A stretch of DNA of 64,000 nt from Octopus sinensis (Eukaryota), in NCBI RefSeq assembly GCF_006345805.1, contig NC_043020.1, positions 15,748,001 to 15,812,000 of the forward strand, in the 5' to 3' direction. The number at the start of each line of letters is the position of its first letter. Position 1 is the first letter of the stretch. Made by a program: the position numbers and the translations under genes. Positions 50,880 to 63,280 of this stretch are shown here, in pieces. Below the pieces are notes generated by a model that worked only from the letters and a program-made list of their open reading frames with translations, was not told where the DNA came from and searched no databases.

Positions 50880-51730
50880 ATAATAATAATATTAATTCTT
50901 TCTTCTATAGACGGAAGGCCTGAAATTTTGGGGTAGGAAGGTAGTTGCTTCCATCAACCCTAGTGCTCAACTGGTGCTTAGTTTATCGACCCCAAAAGGC
51001 TGAAATGCAAAGTCAACCTTGACGGAATTTGAACTCAGAACTTTAAGAGAGAAAAAATGCTGCTAAGTGTTTTACCTGATGTACTAACAATTCTTCAATA
51101 ATAAAACCAATAATAATAGTCCTTTCTACTATAGGCACAAAGCTTGAAATTTTGGGGGAGGAGTAAGTCGATTACATCACCCCCAATACTCAACTGGTAC
51201 TTAATTTCATCAACCTCAAAAGGATGAAAGGCAAAGTCAACCTTGGTGAAATTTGAACTCAGAATGTAAAGATGGATGAAGTGCCGCAAAGCGTTTTGCT
51301 TGGTGTGCTTAGCGGTATTTTATTTGTCTTTGCCTTCTGAGTTCAAATTCCGCCAAGGTTGACTTTGCCTTTCATCCATTCGAGGTTGATAAATTAAGTA
51401 CCAGTTGCGTACAGGGGGTCAATCTAATCGACTGGCTCCCGCCCCCAAAATTTCAGGCCAAGTGCCTAGAGTAGAAAAGAATAATAATAATAAGGACGAT
51501 GAGAATAATAATAATTCTTTCTACTGTAGGCACAAGGCTTGAAATTTTTGTGAGAGAGGGCTAGTCGATAACATTGACCCCAGTACATAACTGGTACTTA
51601 TTTTATCAAATCTGAAAGGGTCAAAGGCAAAGTTGTCTTCAGCAGTATTTACACTCAGAATCTAAAGCAGGAAGAAACATTGCTAAGCGTTTTGCTGAAT
51701 GTGCTAACTATTCTGCTGCCAACTCGCTGC
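50880..51730. mobile_element. Cluster of four SINE B copies (-,-,+,-) including a head-to-head inverted pair centred near 51305
   Basis: 51111-51305 is the imperfect reverse complement of 51310-51490. Confidence 0.85.
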
Positions 51731-52948
51731 TTTGCAAGAATTAGAAATATCACAAAGAGTTAATGTTACTTTTAGCAGAATTCATCCAATTACTTGATAT
51801 CATCATATTAATCAACAAGCTAGTGCTTTCCTCTTAACGACTCAGTTAATGTCAGATGGATGTTTGTTGAAGTTTGAAAGGAAACATCTTTATATATATT
51901 GATGCCATTACACATTTAATGACAAAATGACCATTGTCATTCTGAATCTCTTTCTCATATAAATGTTTGGTTTTTACCATTGCACCAAGACATTTAAACT
52001 TAGCAATTTGATCTCACTATAATTAGTTTTGGATGTAGAATCATCAAATTTCCAACAAAAGACCCCTATGGACACTTATAATGATACCCCTTTAGGTTTC
52101 TTTATTAGACAGAAAAACAACAGAAATTGGTTGAAATTTAACCCTTTTTATACCAACCCATAAGACTGTTTCTGGTTCTATGACACTAACTTACTGTTTT
52201 TAAAGAACTGGCACTCTGTTGCTTACAACGATGACGGTCCCAGTTGATCTAATCAACAAAACAGCCTCCTTGTGAAATTAACGAGCAAGTGGCTGAGTAC
52301 TCCATAGATATACTCTTTATCTTTACTCTTTTACTTGTTTCAGTCATTTGACTGCAGCCATGCTGGAGCACCGCCTTTAGTCAAGCAAATCGACCCCAGG
52401 ACTTATTCTTTGTAAGCCTAGTACTTATTCTATCGGTCTCCTTTGCCAAACTGCTAAGTTATGGGGACGTAAACACACCACCATAGGTTGTCAAGCGATG
52501 TTGGAGGGACAAACACAGACACACATATATATATACATATATACGACGGGCTTCTTTTAGTTTCCGTCTACCAAATCCACTCACAAGGCTTTGGTCGGAC
52601 CGAGGCTATAGTAGAAGACACTTGCTCAAGGTGCCACGCAGTGGGACTGAACCCGGAACCATGTGGTTGGTAAGCAAGCTACGTACCACACAGCCACTCC
52701 TGCGCCTATGTGTAACTTTAACGTAGTTCGCAGGGAGATTCAGCGTGACACAGTAAATGTGATAAGGCTGGCCCCTTGAATTACAGGTACTACTCATTTT
52801 TGTCACCTACTTAGAGTGGAACAACATGAAATAAAGTGTCTTGCTCAAGGACACAACACGCCATCAGGAAATGAACTCAAGACCTTACAACCATGAGCTG
52901 AATACCCTAACCACTAAGCCAAGGGCCTTCACTAACTTACTGTTTTAA

Positions 52949-53159
52949 CCCTTTAGTGTTTAAACTGTCCAAATCCAGCCCAAATAGTCTACCTGTTTTA
53001 TATTCGAACTGACCAGCTCCAGTCTATCACACCTTGCCTACAATGTCATTGTAAAAATAAGCAATCACAACATCGAAATCTTGACGCTACAAGATTAATT
53101 CTAAATGATGTGTATAAATAAAGCATCATGTTTGACAGAATAATCTGAATGTTAAATGG
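52949..53159 (-). mobile_element. Uninterrupted 211-bp piggyBac-type MITE
   Basis: TTAA|ccctttagtgtt...aatgttaaatgg|TTAA (TTAA at 52945-48 and 53160-63). Confidence 0.85.
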
Positions 53160-53289
53160 TTAAAGTGATCTAAATGATAATCTTACATCAAAATTTTATG
53201 TTAATTTGTTCTTTGATGGCATCCTTCATTAGGTGCTCTGAAACTTGAAGTAACATGGAAACCGAATCAAACTGTTTTGAATAATATCA

Positions 53290-53760
53290 TCATCATCATC
53301 ATCATCGTTTAGTGTCCGCTTTCCATGCTAGCATGGGTTGGACGGTTCAACTGGGGTCTGGGAAGCCAGAAGGCTGCATCAGGCCCAGTCTGATCTGGCA
53401 GTGTTTCTACGGCTGGATGCCCTTCCTAACGCCAACCACTCCGTGAGTGTAGTGGGTGCTTTTTACGTGTCACCCGCACAGGTGCCAGACGGAGCGGGCA
53501 AACGGCCATGGACGGATGGTGCTTTTTGCGTGCCACCGGCACGGGGGCCAGGCGAGACTGGCAACGGCCACAAACGGATGGTGCTTTTTACGTGCCGCCG
53601 GCACGAGGGCCAGGCGAGGCTGGCAACAGCCATGAACGGATGGTGCTTTTTATATGTCACCGGCACGGAGGCAAGTCGGGGCTGCGCTGGCAATGGCCAC
53701 GATCGGATGGTTCGCTTACTTGTCACTGGCACTGGTATCACAGCCACAATTTCCATTGAT
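53290..53760 (-). mobile_element. RTE 3'UTR copy with about 4.5 units of a ~62-bp internal repeat
   Basis: ttttt(a/g)cgtg..c.ggcac..ggcaac.gcca..cggatggtgc at about 53460, 53523, 53585 and 53646. Confidence 0.85.
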
Positions 53761-53820
53761 GTTGATCGACTTCGATTTTGGTTCTGCTTTCTGATATCTG
53801 ATTTGATTTGGTTTGATTTG

Positions 53821-53856
<36 letters not shown>

Positions 53857-55102
53857 TGGGTGCCCCCTCGTTATCGAGTTGCACAAAGTTTAATCAATGT
53901 TGTTATCGTGCAATGCCTGTGCTACATGGTGGCTGCCCCCTCGATATATACGCACACACACACACATCTGTGTGTTTGCATTTGTCCCCACTACCGTTTG
54001 ACACCTAGTGTTGTTGGTTTGTTGACATCTCCATAACTTAGCAGAGCAGGAGAGACCGATAGATTAAGTGCCTGACTGTAACAAAAAAAAAAAAAAAATA
54101 CTGGGGTCAGTTTGTTTGATTAAACACTTCAAGGCAAGTGCTCCAGCATGGCCATGGTCCAAAAACTGAAACAAATAAAAGATGAGCAATAAAAGACAAA
54201 AAAATATAACGGATTCGCAGTTAAGATGTGATTCGAAAGAAGACATTTTGCTGCTATGCCTAGCAGGTCAAAGTGACCACGTAGCACTTCTTTGTCACAT
54301 TTGTGCACCATTCCTGCTGAATAGTAAAACGGTAACAGTGTAGAGCAGCAGGATTAGAAGAGAGGTCAAATACTCATATCTCGTCACCAACAATGTTTTC
54401 TGTGTGAGTTTGTCACAATGCTAAAAATAACCAGAGCCACAGATGATATGCATTACTAATGTAATCAAGCTGAAAGTAATAACATTGTCATAATCGAAAA
54501 TAAGTCACCCGATGGCTTTGCAATGTCAGACTGGATAATCCTAGGTTATAAAAAAACAAAACAAAAAGAAAACAAAGAAGCAAAAAAACGAAAACAAAAA
54601 AAAAACTGATCTGCAATATGTGACGCACCTCTTATCCAGGAGGTTATTAAATACTCGTTTGTTTAATTCAGTGTAAAGGAAGGAAGGAAGGAAGGGAGGA
54701 AGGAAAGAGAGGAACAGAGACAAGGATCAGTCCATTTGGCATGATGTAACACAGCAATATTGGAACATGCTCATAAATATTCACACACACACATACACAC
54801 ACACACACACACATACACATACACACACATATATATATATATATGAACACATAGAAATGTATGTCTGTTGGTATATGTGTATGTGTATATAAATATTGCT
54901 CTCTTTTACTCATTTACTTGTTTCAGTCATTTGATTGTGGCCATGCTGGAGCACCGCCTTTAGTCGAGCAAATCAACCCTAGGACTGATTCTTTGTAAGC
55001 CTAGTACTTATTATATCGGTCTCTTTTGCCGAACTGCTAAGTTACGGGGGCGTAAACACACCAGCATTAGTTGTCAAGCGATGTTGGTGGGGACAAACAC
55101 AA

Positions 55103-55163
<61 letters not shown>

Positions 55164-55221
55164 TATGACGGGCTTCTTTCAGTTTCCGTTTACCAAATCC
55201 ACTCACAAGGCTTTGGTCGTT

Positions 55222-56018
55222 GCTACTACTTATACAAAAGGTACAATGGACAAATTCTGAAGGATTACTTGAGGAGGTAAAGAAGCTCCTGAACAACCTG
55301 AGGTAACCTGTTGAACCACAGATAATCTGCTTCTTCTCAGATGAAAAGAACTTTTTCCAGGATCAGTTGCACAATGCCCAGAACAAGTGGCTTGCATACA
55401 ATCTATGTGATGTCTCACTTATCATGAAAACCAAGTTTCCCACCTAACCGGTGATGGTCTTTGGGTGTGTCCCCAGTGAGGATCTCTTTGTACCACCAGG
55501 GACTTAGGCTCAATTCAGATGGCGATGTGAAGCTGCAGGAAACTGCAGTCAAACCCAGGCTGGAGAGGGTTGCTACGAGAACGCCATATGTGTAGCAACA
55601 GGATTCAGCTCCTTGTCATACCTCCTCCACAAAGAGTCAGAAGTGGTTGTTGGAGAATTTCTATGACTTCACCATCTGCAATTTTGGGGCTCCCAATTCT
55701 TCCGATTGAAATCCCATGCATTACTATGTGAGGGGTGCAGTTGAGAAAGACACCAACCACTCTGTCTGCAACATAAAGGCAGAGATGGTGGCCAAGAACA
55801 AAGAGGCGCTTGAAGATCTTCCCAGGGACATAGTGAGAAATATGTGTGCCAGGTTTTGGAGCCATCTGGAAGCTAAGGGCAGCTTCTTTGAGTAGACTTT
55901 TAGTTTCAGCTATAACCTACTTGGTATTTAAAAATTTTTTTTAAATACTTTTATTTTTGACTGAAATATTGTTTTATTTTCCCTTTTTACAAACTGTCAA
56001 ATTTGGCCTAAACATCCT
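55222..56018 (+). mobile_element. Decayed maT (DD37D-type) Tc1/mariner: 3' two-thirds of the transposase plus the right TIR
   Basis: FFSDEKNF..HNAQN.., KTKFP..VMVFGCV, QQDSAPCHT..SQKWLLENFYDF..PNSSD*NPM(D>H)YY..AVEK..EAKGSFFE*. Terminus caaactgtcaaatttggcctaaacatcct. Confidence 0.85.
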
Positions 56019-56024
56019 AAAATG

Positions 56025-56215
56025 TGACTGTGTGTGTACCATTGGCGATTTTTTTCATCTGTCTTTCCTTCTCCTATCTTTCTGACGAAGAGCTCCGCTC
56101 GAAATGTTAAACCCTCCTTCTTTCCTTCTTTCCTGAGCGTCCAATAATACTATATTTATTCCACGTCCTCGCGTTGTTGTGTTTTTTTGTGCTTTCATGT
56201 TTGGATTAACTTTAT
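56025..56215 (+). mobile_element. HHR-b family element with a canonical hammerhead core (56078-56112)
   Basis: ttt-CTGACGA-a-gagc-tcc-gctc-GAA-ATGT-T-aaa; stem III ACGT appears decayed to ATGT. Confidence 0.78.
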
Positions 56216-56786
56216 ATATATTTATATATATTTATATATACGTTTAAATATTTGTTGTGCAAGATTATTGGCTAAACTGGCAATATGACACATACACACA
56301 CACACACACCACACACAAATACACAGCTATATGATGAGAGAAAGATCCTGCATTTTATATATGTGTGTATGTCTATCTTGATCATATATTTGTGTGTGTG
56401 TGTGCTTGTATGTGTGATTCTGTATGTGCATGTGTATGTATAATCTTGTGCTTAACCTAAATGAAATGAGGTAACTAAAAAATCTGTTTATTCAAATGCT
56501 TGTATTTAGCACAAACAAAACAAAAGGGGGTAAAATAGGGTATCTTTAGTGTATATAGTCCAGATAAGATTACACAGCCACTAGTCCCACTACATACATA
56601 CATACATTATATATATATATATATATATATACTGGTAGTAATGTTTACTGATTTGCTCAGTTAGGTATTCAAAATAGGTTATTCAATGAGTGTATATAAA
56701 TCCAGTAATAATTCTTATATGATATATATACATACACACAACCCTATGTGTGTGTTTGGTAGTTGTCACTGACTGAATAAACTCGC

Positions 56787-56884
56787 CTATCAATGGCCAT
56801 AGCGAGAGATGAACTCCCAAATCATCAGCAAATGCTCCAAGTGAGATTTCAGTGAAGAACATCTTCCCTAACACGAGAGTGATT
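56787..56884 (-). CDS. Candidate 98-nt exon with a GC donor
   Basis: Acceptor gcttctctattcatag|, donor TAG|gcgagt. Single open frame (R)ITLVLGKMFFTEISLGAFADDLGVHLSLWPLI(G). Unique sequence; no homology recognised. Confidence 0.35.
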
Positions 56885-57072
56885 CTATGAATAGAGAAGC
56901 CACAACAATGAATCTATCTCAGCAATGTTAACAGGTTTTATATCAGGGAAAAGTTATTCTAGAGGCATAATTCAATGTAAATATATATATATATGTATAT
57001 ATCCAGATGGATTTCCCAGGGTTTCGCTGATAATAATTTAGTAGTTTGATCAACTGAAATACCCTGCTCCTG

Positions 57073-57270
57073 AATCTATATGGAATGGTCAGTGGCAAGA
57101 GAGGAAGAGGCCGACCAAGAAGCCCCTGGCTTGACACCATCAAGAGGGATACCGGAATGGACATAGCCAATCTGAAAGAAGCAGCCCAGGATAGAACTGA
57201 CTGGAGGACACTGATTCAATGAGTGACCGAGAGTCGACTTCGACTGAGCGGATAGATAGATAGATAGATA
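57073..57270 (+). mobile_element. Second, shorter copy of the BovB-like RTE 3' end
   Basis: ggaatggtcagtggcaagagaggaagaggccgaccaag...gagtcgacttcgactgagcgga(taga)n, nearly identical to 5237-5410. Confidence 0.88.
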
Positions 57271-57759
57271 GAATTTATACATCAGTTGGTGAGCATTCCA
57301 CATACAGCTTCTCTTTTATATTTTATTTACTTCAGTGACATGCTTTGGCACTGGCTTGAAAAATTTTAGTTCAACAAATCAACCCCAGTACTTAATTTTT
57401 TTAAAGCTTGATATCTATTCTTTTAGTCGTTTGCTGAACCACTAGGTTATTGGGAGTTTAAACAGGTGTGGCTATGTGGTAAGAAGTTTGCTTCTCAACC
57501 ACGTTTCCAGGTTCAGTCCGCTTGTGTGGCACCTTGGGCAAGTGTCTTCTACTATAGCCTCTACTATACTCTCAGGCTGACCAAACCCTTGAGAGGGGAT
57601 TTGGTAGATGGAAACTGAAAGAAGCCTGTTATATATGTATGGTTCCAGGTTCATTCCCACTGCGTCGTACCTTGGGCAAGTGTCCTCTACTATAGCCTCG
57701 GGCCGACCAAAGCCTTGTGAGTGGATTTGGAAGACGAAAACTGAAAGAAGCCAGTTGTA

Positions 57760-57789
<30 letters not shown>

Positions 57790-57802
<13 letters not shown>

Positions 57803-58510
57803 ATATTTGTGTGTTTGTGTTTGTCCCCCTAACATCACTTGACAACCGATGGCGGTGTGTTTACTTCTCCGTAACTTAGCAGTTCCGCAAAAGAGACTGA
57901 TAGAATAAGTACTAGGCTTCCAAAGAATAAGTCCTGGGGTCAATTTGCTCGGCTAAAGGTGGTGCCCAGCATGGCTGCAGTCTAATGACTGAAACAAGTA
58001 AAAGATAAAAGAAACCATTAATGCTTGCCAAGCAAGGGTGGAGGACAAACACAAATACAAAGACACACACACACATACATACACATATAACAGGTTTCTT
58101 TCAGTTTCCATCTACCATATGCATTCACAAGGCCTTGCCCAAAGTACTACGTAGTGGGCTTGAACCCATAACCATGTGATTGGGAAGCGAACTTCTTATC
58201 ACACGGCCACACTTGGCTTGACATAGTATGTTCAAAGGCTGTACCAATGAACTACAAGTACACCCCATTGAACAGGCTTCTCTACAGTTTCCATCTACCT
58301 AGTTTCAGTCTGGTGTGGCCCGATTTAAGGTTACACAAACTTATTTAACTATCCAACTGTACTGCACTTAATGTGTGTTGTGTGTGTGTGTGTGCAGGCA
58401 GAAAGATAAAAAGATGAACAGACAAACAGAGAGGAAAATAGAGAGATGTATGGTAGTGTGTCTATATAGATACATGTTCATGTGTGTGTATCATATACAC
58501 ATATATGTAG

Positions 58511-58574
<64 letters not shown>

Positions 58575-59279
58575 ATATTTGTGTGTTTGTGTTGTCCCCC
58601 TAACATCACTTGACAACCGATGGCGGTGTGTTTACTTCTCCGTAACTTAGCAGTTCCGCAAAAGAGACTGATAGAATAAGTACTAGGCTTCCAAAGAATA
58701 AGTCCTGGGGTCAATTTGCTCGGCTAAAGGTGGTGCCCAGCATGGCTGCAGTCTAATGACTGAAACAAGTAAAAGATAAAAGAAACCATTAATGCTTGCC
58801 AAGCAAGGGTGGAGGACAAACACAAATACAAAGACACACACACACATACATACACATATAACAGGTTTCTTTCAGTTTCCATCTACCATATGCATTCACA
58901 AGGCCTTGCCCAAAGTACTACGTAGTGGGCTTGAACCCATAACCATGTGATTGGGAAGCGAACTTCTTATCACACGGCCACACTTGGCTTGACATAGTAT
59001 GTTCAAAGGCTGTACCAATGAACTACAAGTACACCCCATTGAACAGGCTTCTCTACAGTTTCCATCTACCTAGTTCAGTCTGGTGTGGCCCGATTTAAGG
59101 TTACACAAACTTATTTAACTATCCAACTGTACTGCCACTTAATGTGTGTTGTGTGTGTGTGTGCAGGCAGAAAGATAAAAAGATGAACAGACAAACAGAG
59201 AGGAAAATAGAGAGATGTATGGTAGTGTGTCTATATAGATACATGTTCATGTGTGTGTATCATATACACATATATGTAG

Positions 59280-59325
<46 letters not shown>
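57790..59325. repeat. Near-identical tandem duplication, period about 770 bp
   Basis: ORF pairs 58375/59144, and ORF ends 57943/58714. Junctions lie in (TA)n and differences are 1-2-bp indels. Confidence 0.95.
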
Positions 59326-59328
<3 letters not shown>

Positions 59329-59510
59329 ATCCAAACAAGAAAGCACAAAAAAACACAACAACGCGAGGACGTGGAACAAATATAGTATTATTGGATGCTC
59401 AGGAAAGAAGGAAAGAAGGAGAAGGAAAGATCAAGGAGAAGGAAAGATCAAGAGAAGGGAAGACAGAGGAAAAAAAATCGCCAACGGTACACACGTGGTC
59501 ACATTTTGAA
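59325..59510 (-). mobile_element. HHR-b family copy with the ribozyme replaced by a short purine repeat
   Basis: Flanks match 56025-56215, but the HHR segment is replaced by gaaggaaagatcaagga x2. Confidence 0.75.
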
Positions 59511-60013
59511 TATATATATCGTCTAACCCATGCCAGCATGGAAAATGAACGTTAAACAATGATGATGATGATATATATATATGCCAGTATGGAACAAAGA
59601 TACGAGATGATGGTATTGGTGACAGTGATGATATATGTATACACACACATAAACACACACATATACAAACATATATACATATGTATGTTAGAAAAAGAGT
59701 ACTCAATACCATGGTAAAGACTGATGATATTATGAGTCAGCTACTCCCTACTCTGAGTTGTACCTGTAGACATCCAAGATTTTCAAGTTGAGGCAACTTG
59801 TCACATGCCTCCTAGTAAAATGCAGAATACAGAGAGGTAACATGACCAAAGTACTACATATATATATATATATATACACACACACTCACATATACATACA
59901 TATATACACACTCACATATACATACATATATACACACTCACATATACATACATATATTCACACACACATAAACAAGGATGATACTCAAATTCTTAAAGTG
60001 TTCCATATTTTTC

Positions 60014-60194
60014 TAGGTGCAGGAGTGGCTGTGTGGTAAGTAGCTTGCTTACCAACCACATGGTTCTGGGTTCAGTCCCACTGCGTAGCAACTTGGGCAA
60101 GTGTCTTCTACTATAGCCTCGGGCCAACCAAAGCCTTGTGAGTGGATTTGGTAGATGAAAACCGAAAGAAGCCCATCATATATATGTATGTGTG

Positions 60195-60238
<44 letters not shown>

Positions 60239-60424
60239 TGTCCCTAAAATCACTTGACAACCGATGCTGGTGTGTTTACGTCCCCGTAACTTAGCGGTTC
60301 AGCAAAAGAGACCGATAGAATAAATACTAGGCTTACAAAGATTAAGTCCTGGGGTCGATTTTTGTGACTAAAGGCAGTGCTCCAGCATGTCTGCAGTCAA
60401 ATGACTGAAACAAGTAAAAGAGTA
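60014..60424 (+). mobile_element. Full-length SINE A (reference copy)
   Basis: taggtgcaggagtggctgtgtggtaag (box A-like), gggttcagtccc (box B-like), internal (TA)/(TG)n, tail aaacaagtaaaagagta. Confidence 0.9.
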
Positions 60425-60506
60425 TGCATGCAATTGTATCTATCTTTCATGCGTGTGTGTGTGTTTGTGTATGTATTTATGTGTGTGTGTATGTGTGTTT
60501 ATATAT

Positions 60507-60554
<48 letters not shown>

Positions 60555-61287
60555 TTGCAGTGTCTAGGACTAAGGTAAAAGTTTTTATTTTCCAATCACT
60601 TTCGGAATTACAACAATTGGTGGCTTGGAGTTTTAACTGCTCTTTCTAGCGAGTCAGATATCCTATTCTTCGGGTATCTCTTTTGTGTTTGAACGTACAC
60701 TGTATTCTTCTTTGAATTATACATACATATATATATATATATATAAATATTTAAAAACAAGAAAGTAGATTTTAAACATAGTAAAGTTGCAAGAACAACA
60801 GAAATAGTTTAGGTATTACCCTTATAAAATGGAAAAAAAAATTTTGCCAGCAACTAGTTATGGGAATCAAACCTGTATCCCTCATGCATACACACACACA
60901 CACACACGCACACATATGCACACATGCATGTATACATGCACGTCTACAGGAAGAAACGGTAAACCTACTTACATTATGTTTCGTAGTGACATCTTGATAA
61001 AAATGGAACCAACTGTTTTGCTCTCTTGTACTCAAATAAATCTGATTTCAAAGATGTGTTATTTTTGTTTGCTCCCCTTTGTTTTTTCTATAAGTGAAGC
61101 AATTATTTCAATATTGTTGTTGTTGTTGCTGTTAGAGCAATTATTTTCTTTGATTTATGAAATCTGATAAATAATACATTTGCACATACACACATATATA
61201 TACATGTATATTTTAATGATTAATATACATATTTATATACACATACACTGATGTATATACATGTGCGTATGTATGTACATATATATG

Positions 61288-61318
<31 letters not shown>

Positions 61319-61735
61319 ATAGATGTGTTTGTGTTTAGTTGTGTATATATATGTATATATATATATATATATCACAATTTAAAAAACTGCACAGCAGTTC
61401 TTTGGCAAGTAGTAACGAAATGTAAGGAAGCGGTGATCAAGCTGAAAAGTGTGTGGTTTTGTTTATCAGCTGAAAATAATTAATTTGAATACTTTCGAAA
61501 CTTATTGCTGTCAGAGGTTGGAGGGGCTCATATGACAAACGACCCTCCCTCTCCAACGCCCTACCAACCACCACCCCCACCCCGCCCCGCCCCGCCACCA
61601 CCACCACCACCTCACCACTGCAACCTGGTAAATGCTTCCACCCACTGAATCTAAGTGCCAATATCAAAACAATAAAGCTGCTATAAGTTTTCAAACAAAT
61701 TGTTTAGAAGAGAGGAAAACAAAGTGTTCTCAGGA

Positions 61736-61768
<33 letters not shown>

Positions 61769-61848
61769 TTTGTTGATGTTGCCCTTGTGGCAATGATACT
61801 TGTTTTCCACATTATCTCTCTCTCTCTCTGTGATGTGCATAAACTGAT

Positions 61849-61887
61849 GTGTGCGTAGATACATATTATATACATACATATATATAT

Positions 61888-61922
<35 letters not shown>

Positions 61923-62518
61923 CATATGTATGCACATATATATATACACACATATATATATACACACAATATATATATATGCACACAATATATATATACG
62001 CACACACATATATATATATATATATACATACATATATATACATATACATACATATGTATACATATATATATATATTTATATATATATATATACATACATA
62101 AATACATATACATACATATGTAAACATATATATATACACACATACATATATACATATATATATATATACATATGTATACATACATATATGTATACATATG
62201 TATACATACATATATGTATACATATGTATATATACATATATGTATACATATGTATATATACATATAAATACATATGTATACATACATATGTATACATATA
62301 TATATATATACATATACATGTGTATACATATATATATATATACATATACATGTGTATACATATATATATATATACATATACATGTGTATACATATATATA
62401 TATATATATATATATATGTATACATACATATACATATGTACACATACAAATATATACACATATGTATGCATACATATACATACACATGTATGCATACATA
62501 TACACATATATGTGTGTG

Positions 62519-62578
<60 letters not shown>

Positions 62579-62588
62579 TATGTGTGTG

Positions 62589-62626
<38 letters not shown>

Positions 62627-62670
62627 CACATATATATGTGTGTGTATGTGTGTATATATATATATGTGTG
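61849..62670. repeat. ~820-bp compound (TA)/(CA)/(TG) alternating purine-pyrimidine tract
   Basis: Seen directly; source of the overlapping Y/I/H/T/C ORFs. Confidence 0.95.
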
Positions 62671-62934
62671 TGTAATCTTATCTGGACTATATACTCTAAA
62701 CATAATCTCTTCCCCCCCCCACGTTTTTGTTTGTGCTATCTACAATCATTTGAATAAACAGATTTCTTAGTTACCTCATTTCATTTAGGTTAAGCACAAC
62801 ATGGATACATACAAACGCATACACACACAGAAACACACATACAAGTACACACATTTACACACATACATGTACAAGATATGCATACACATACATAATAATG
62901 CAGGCTCTCTCTGTCTTTCCATACATATATATTG

Positions 62935-63110
62935 TTCAATTTTATAGAAAATCAAAGGGAAAGACAGACATAGGAACGACAAGCAAGTGCATTGATGCTT
63001 GGGAGAAATGGAAAAGCCCTTCAAGTTTCGAGCATATGCTCTTCGACAGAAAGGAATAAAAAGAAATAAATAGAGAAGGAAAAATAAATGTGTTGAGTTC
63101 AGAGGTCCAA
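62935..63110 (-). mobile_element. HHR-a family element, motif at 63017-63054
   Basis: Minus strand cctttCTGTCGAa-gagc-atat-gctc-GAAActt-gaagg. Confidence 0.72.
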
Positions 63111-63178
63111 CATGTCGATACATACATACAGTAATATATTTACAAATGTACATATACATGCATATATGTGTGTGTATA

Positions 63179-63280
63179 CAGCATGCTTAGGCTAAATTTG
63201 ACAGTTTGCATAAAAAGAAAGGAAAACGCAATATCCCATCCAAAAATGAAAGTATTTAAAAACAAAAATTTAAATATCAA
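63179..63280 (-). mobile_element. Terminal fragment of the maT element
   Basis: TA|cagcatgcttaggctaaatttgacagtttg is the reverse complement of the 55990-56018 terminus. Confidence 0.7.

Noticed and set aside
60014-60090. tRNA genes at SINE heads (also 9045, 18905, 24711 and others)
   Set aside because: No complete cloverleaf or acceptor stem, and each head runs into a SINE body.
61730-62770. Long ORFs (up to 312 aa) rich in Y/I/H/T/C; similar ones at 9103, 15077, 15657, 20275 and 29141
   Set aside because: Microsatellite read-through with no domain content.
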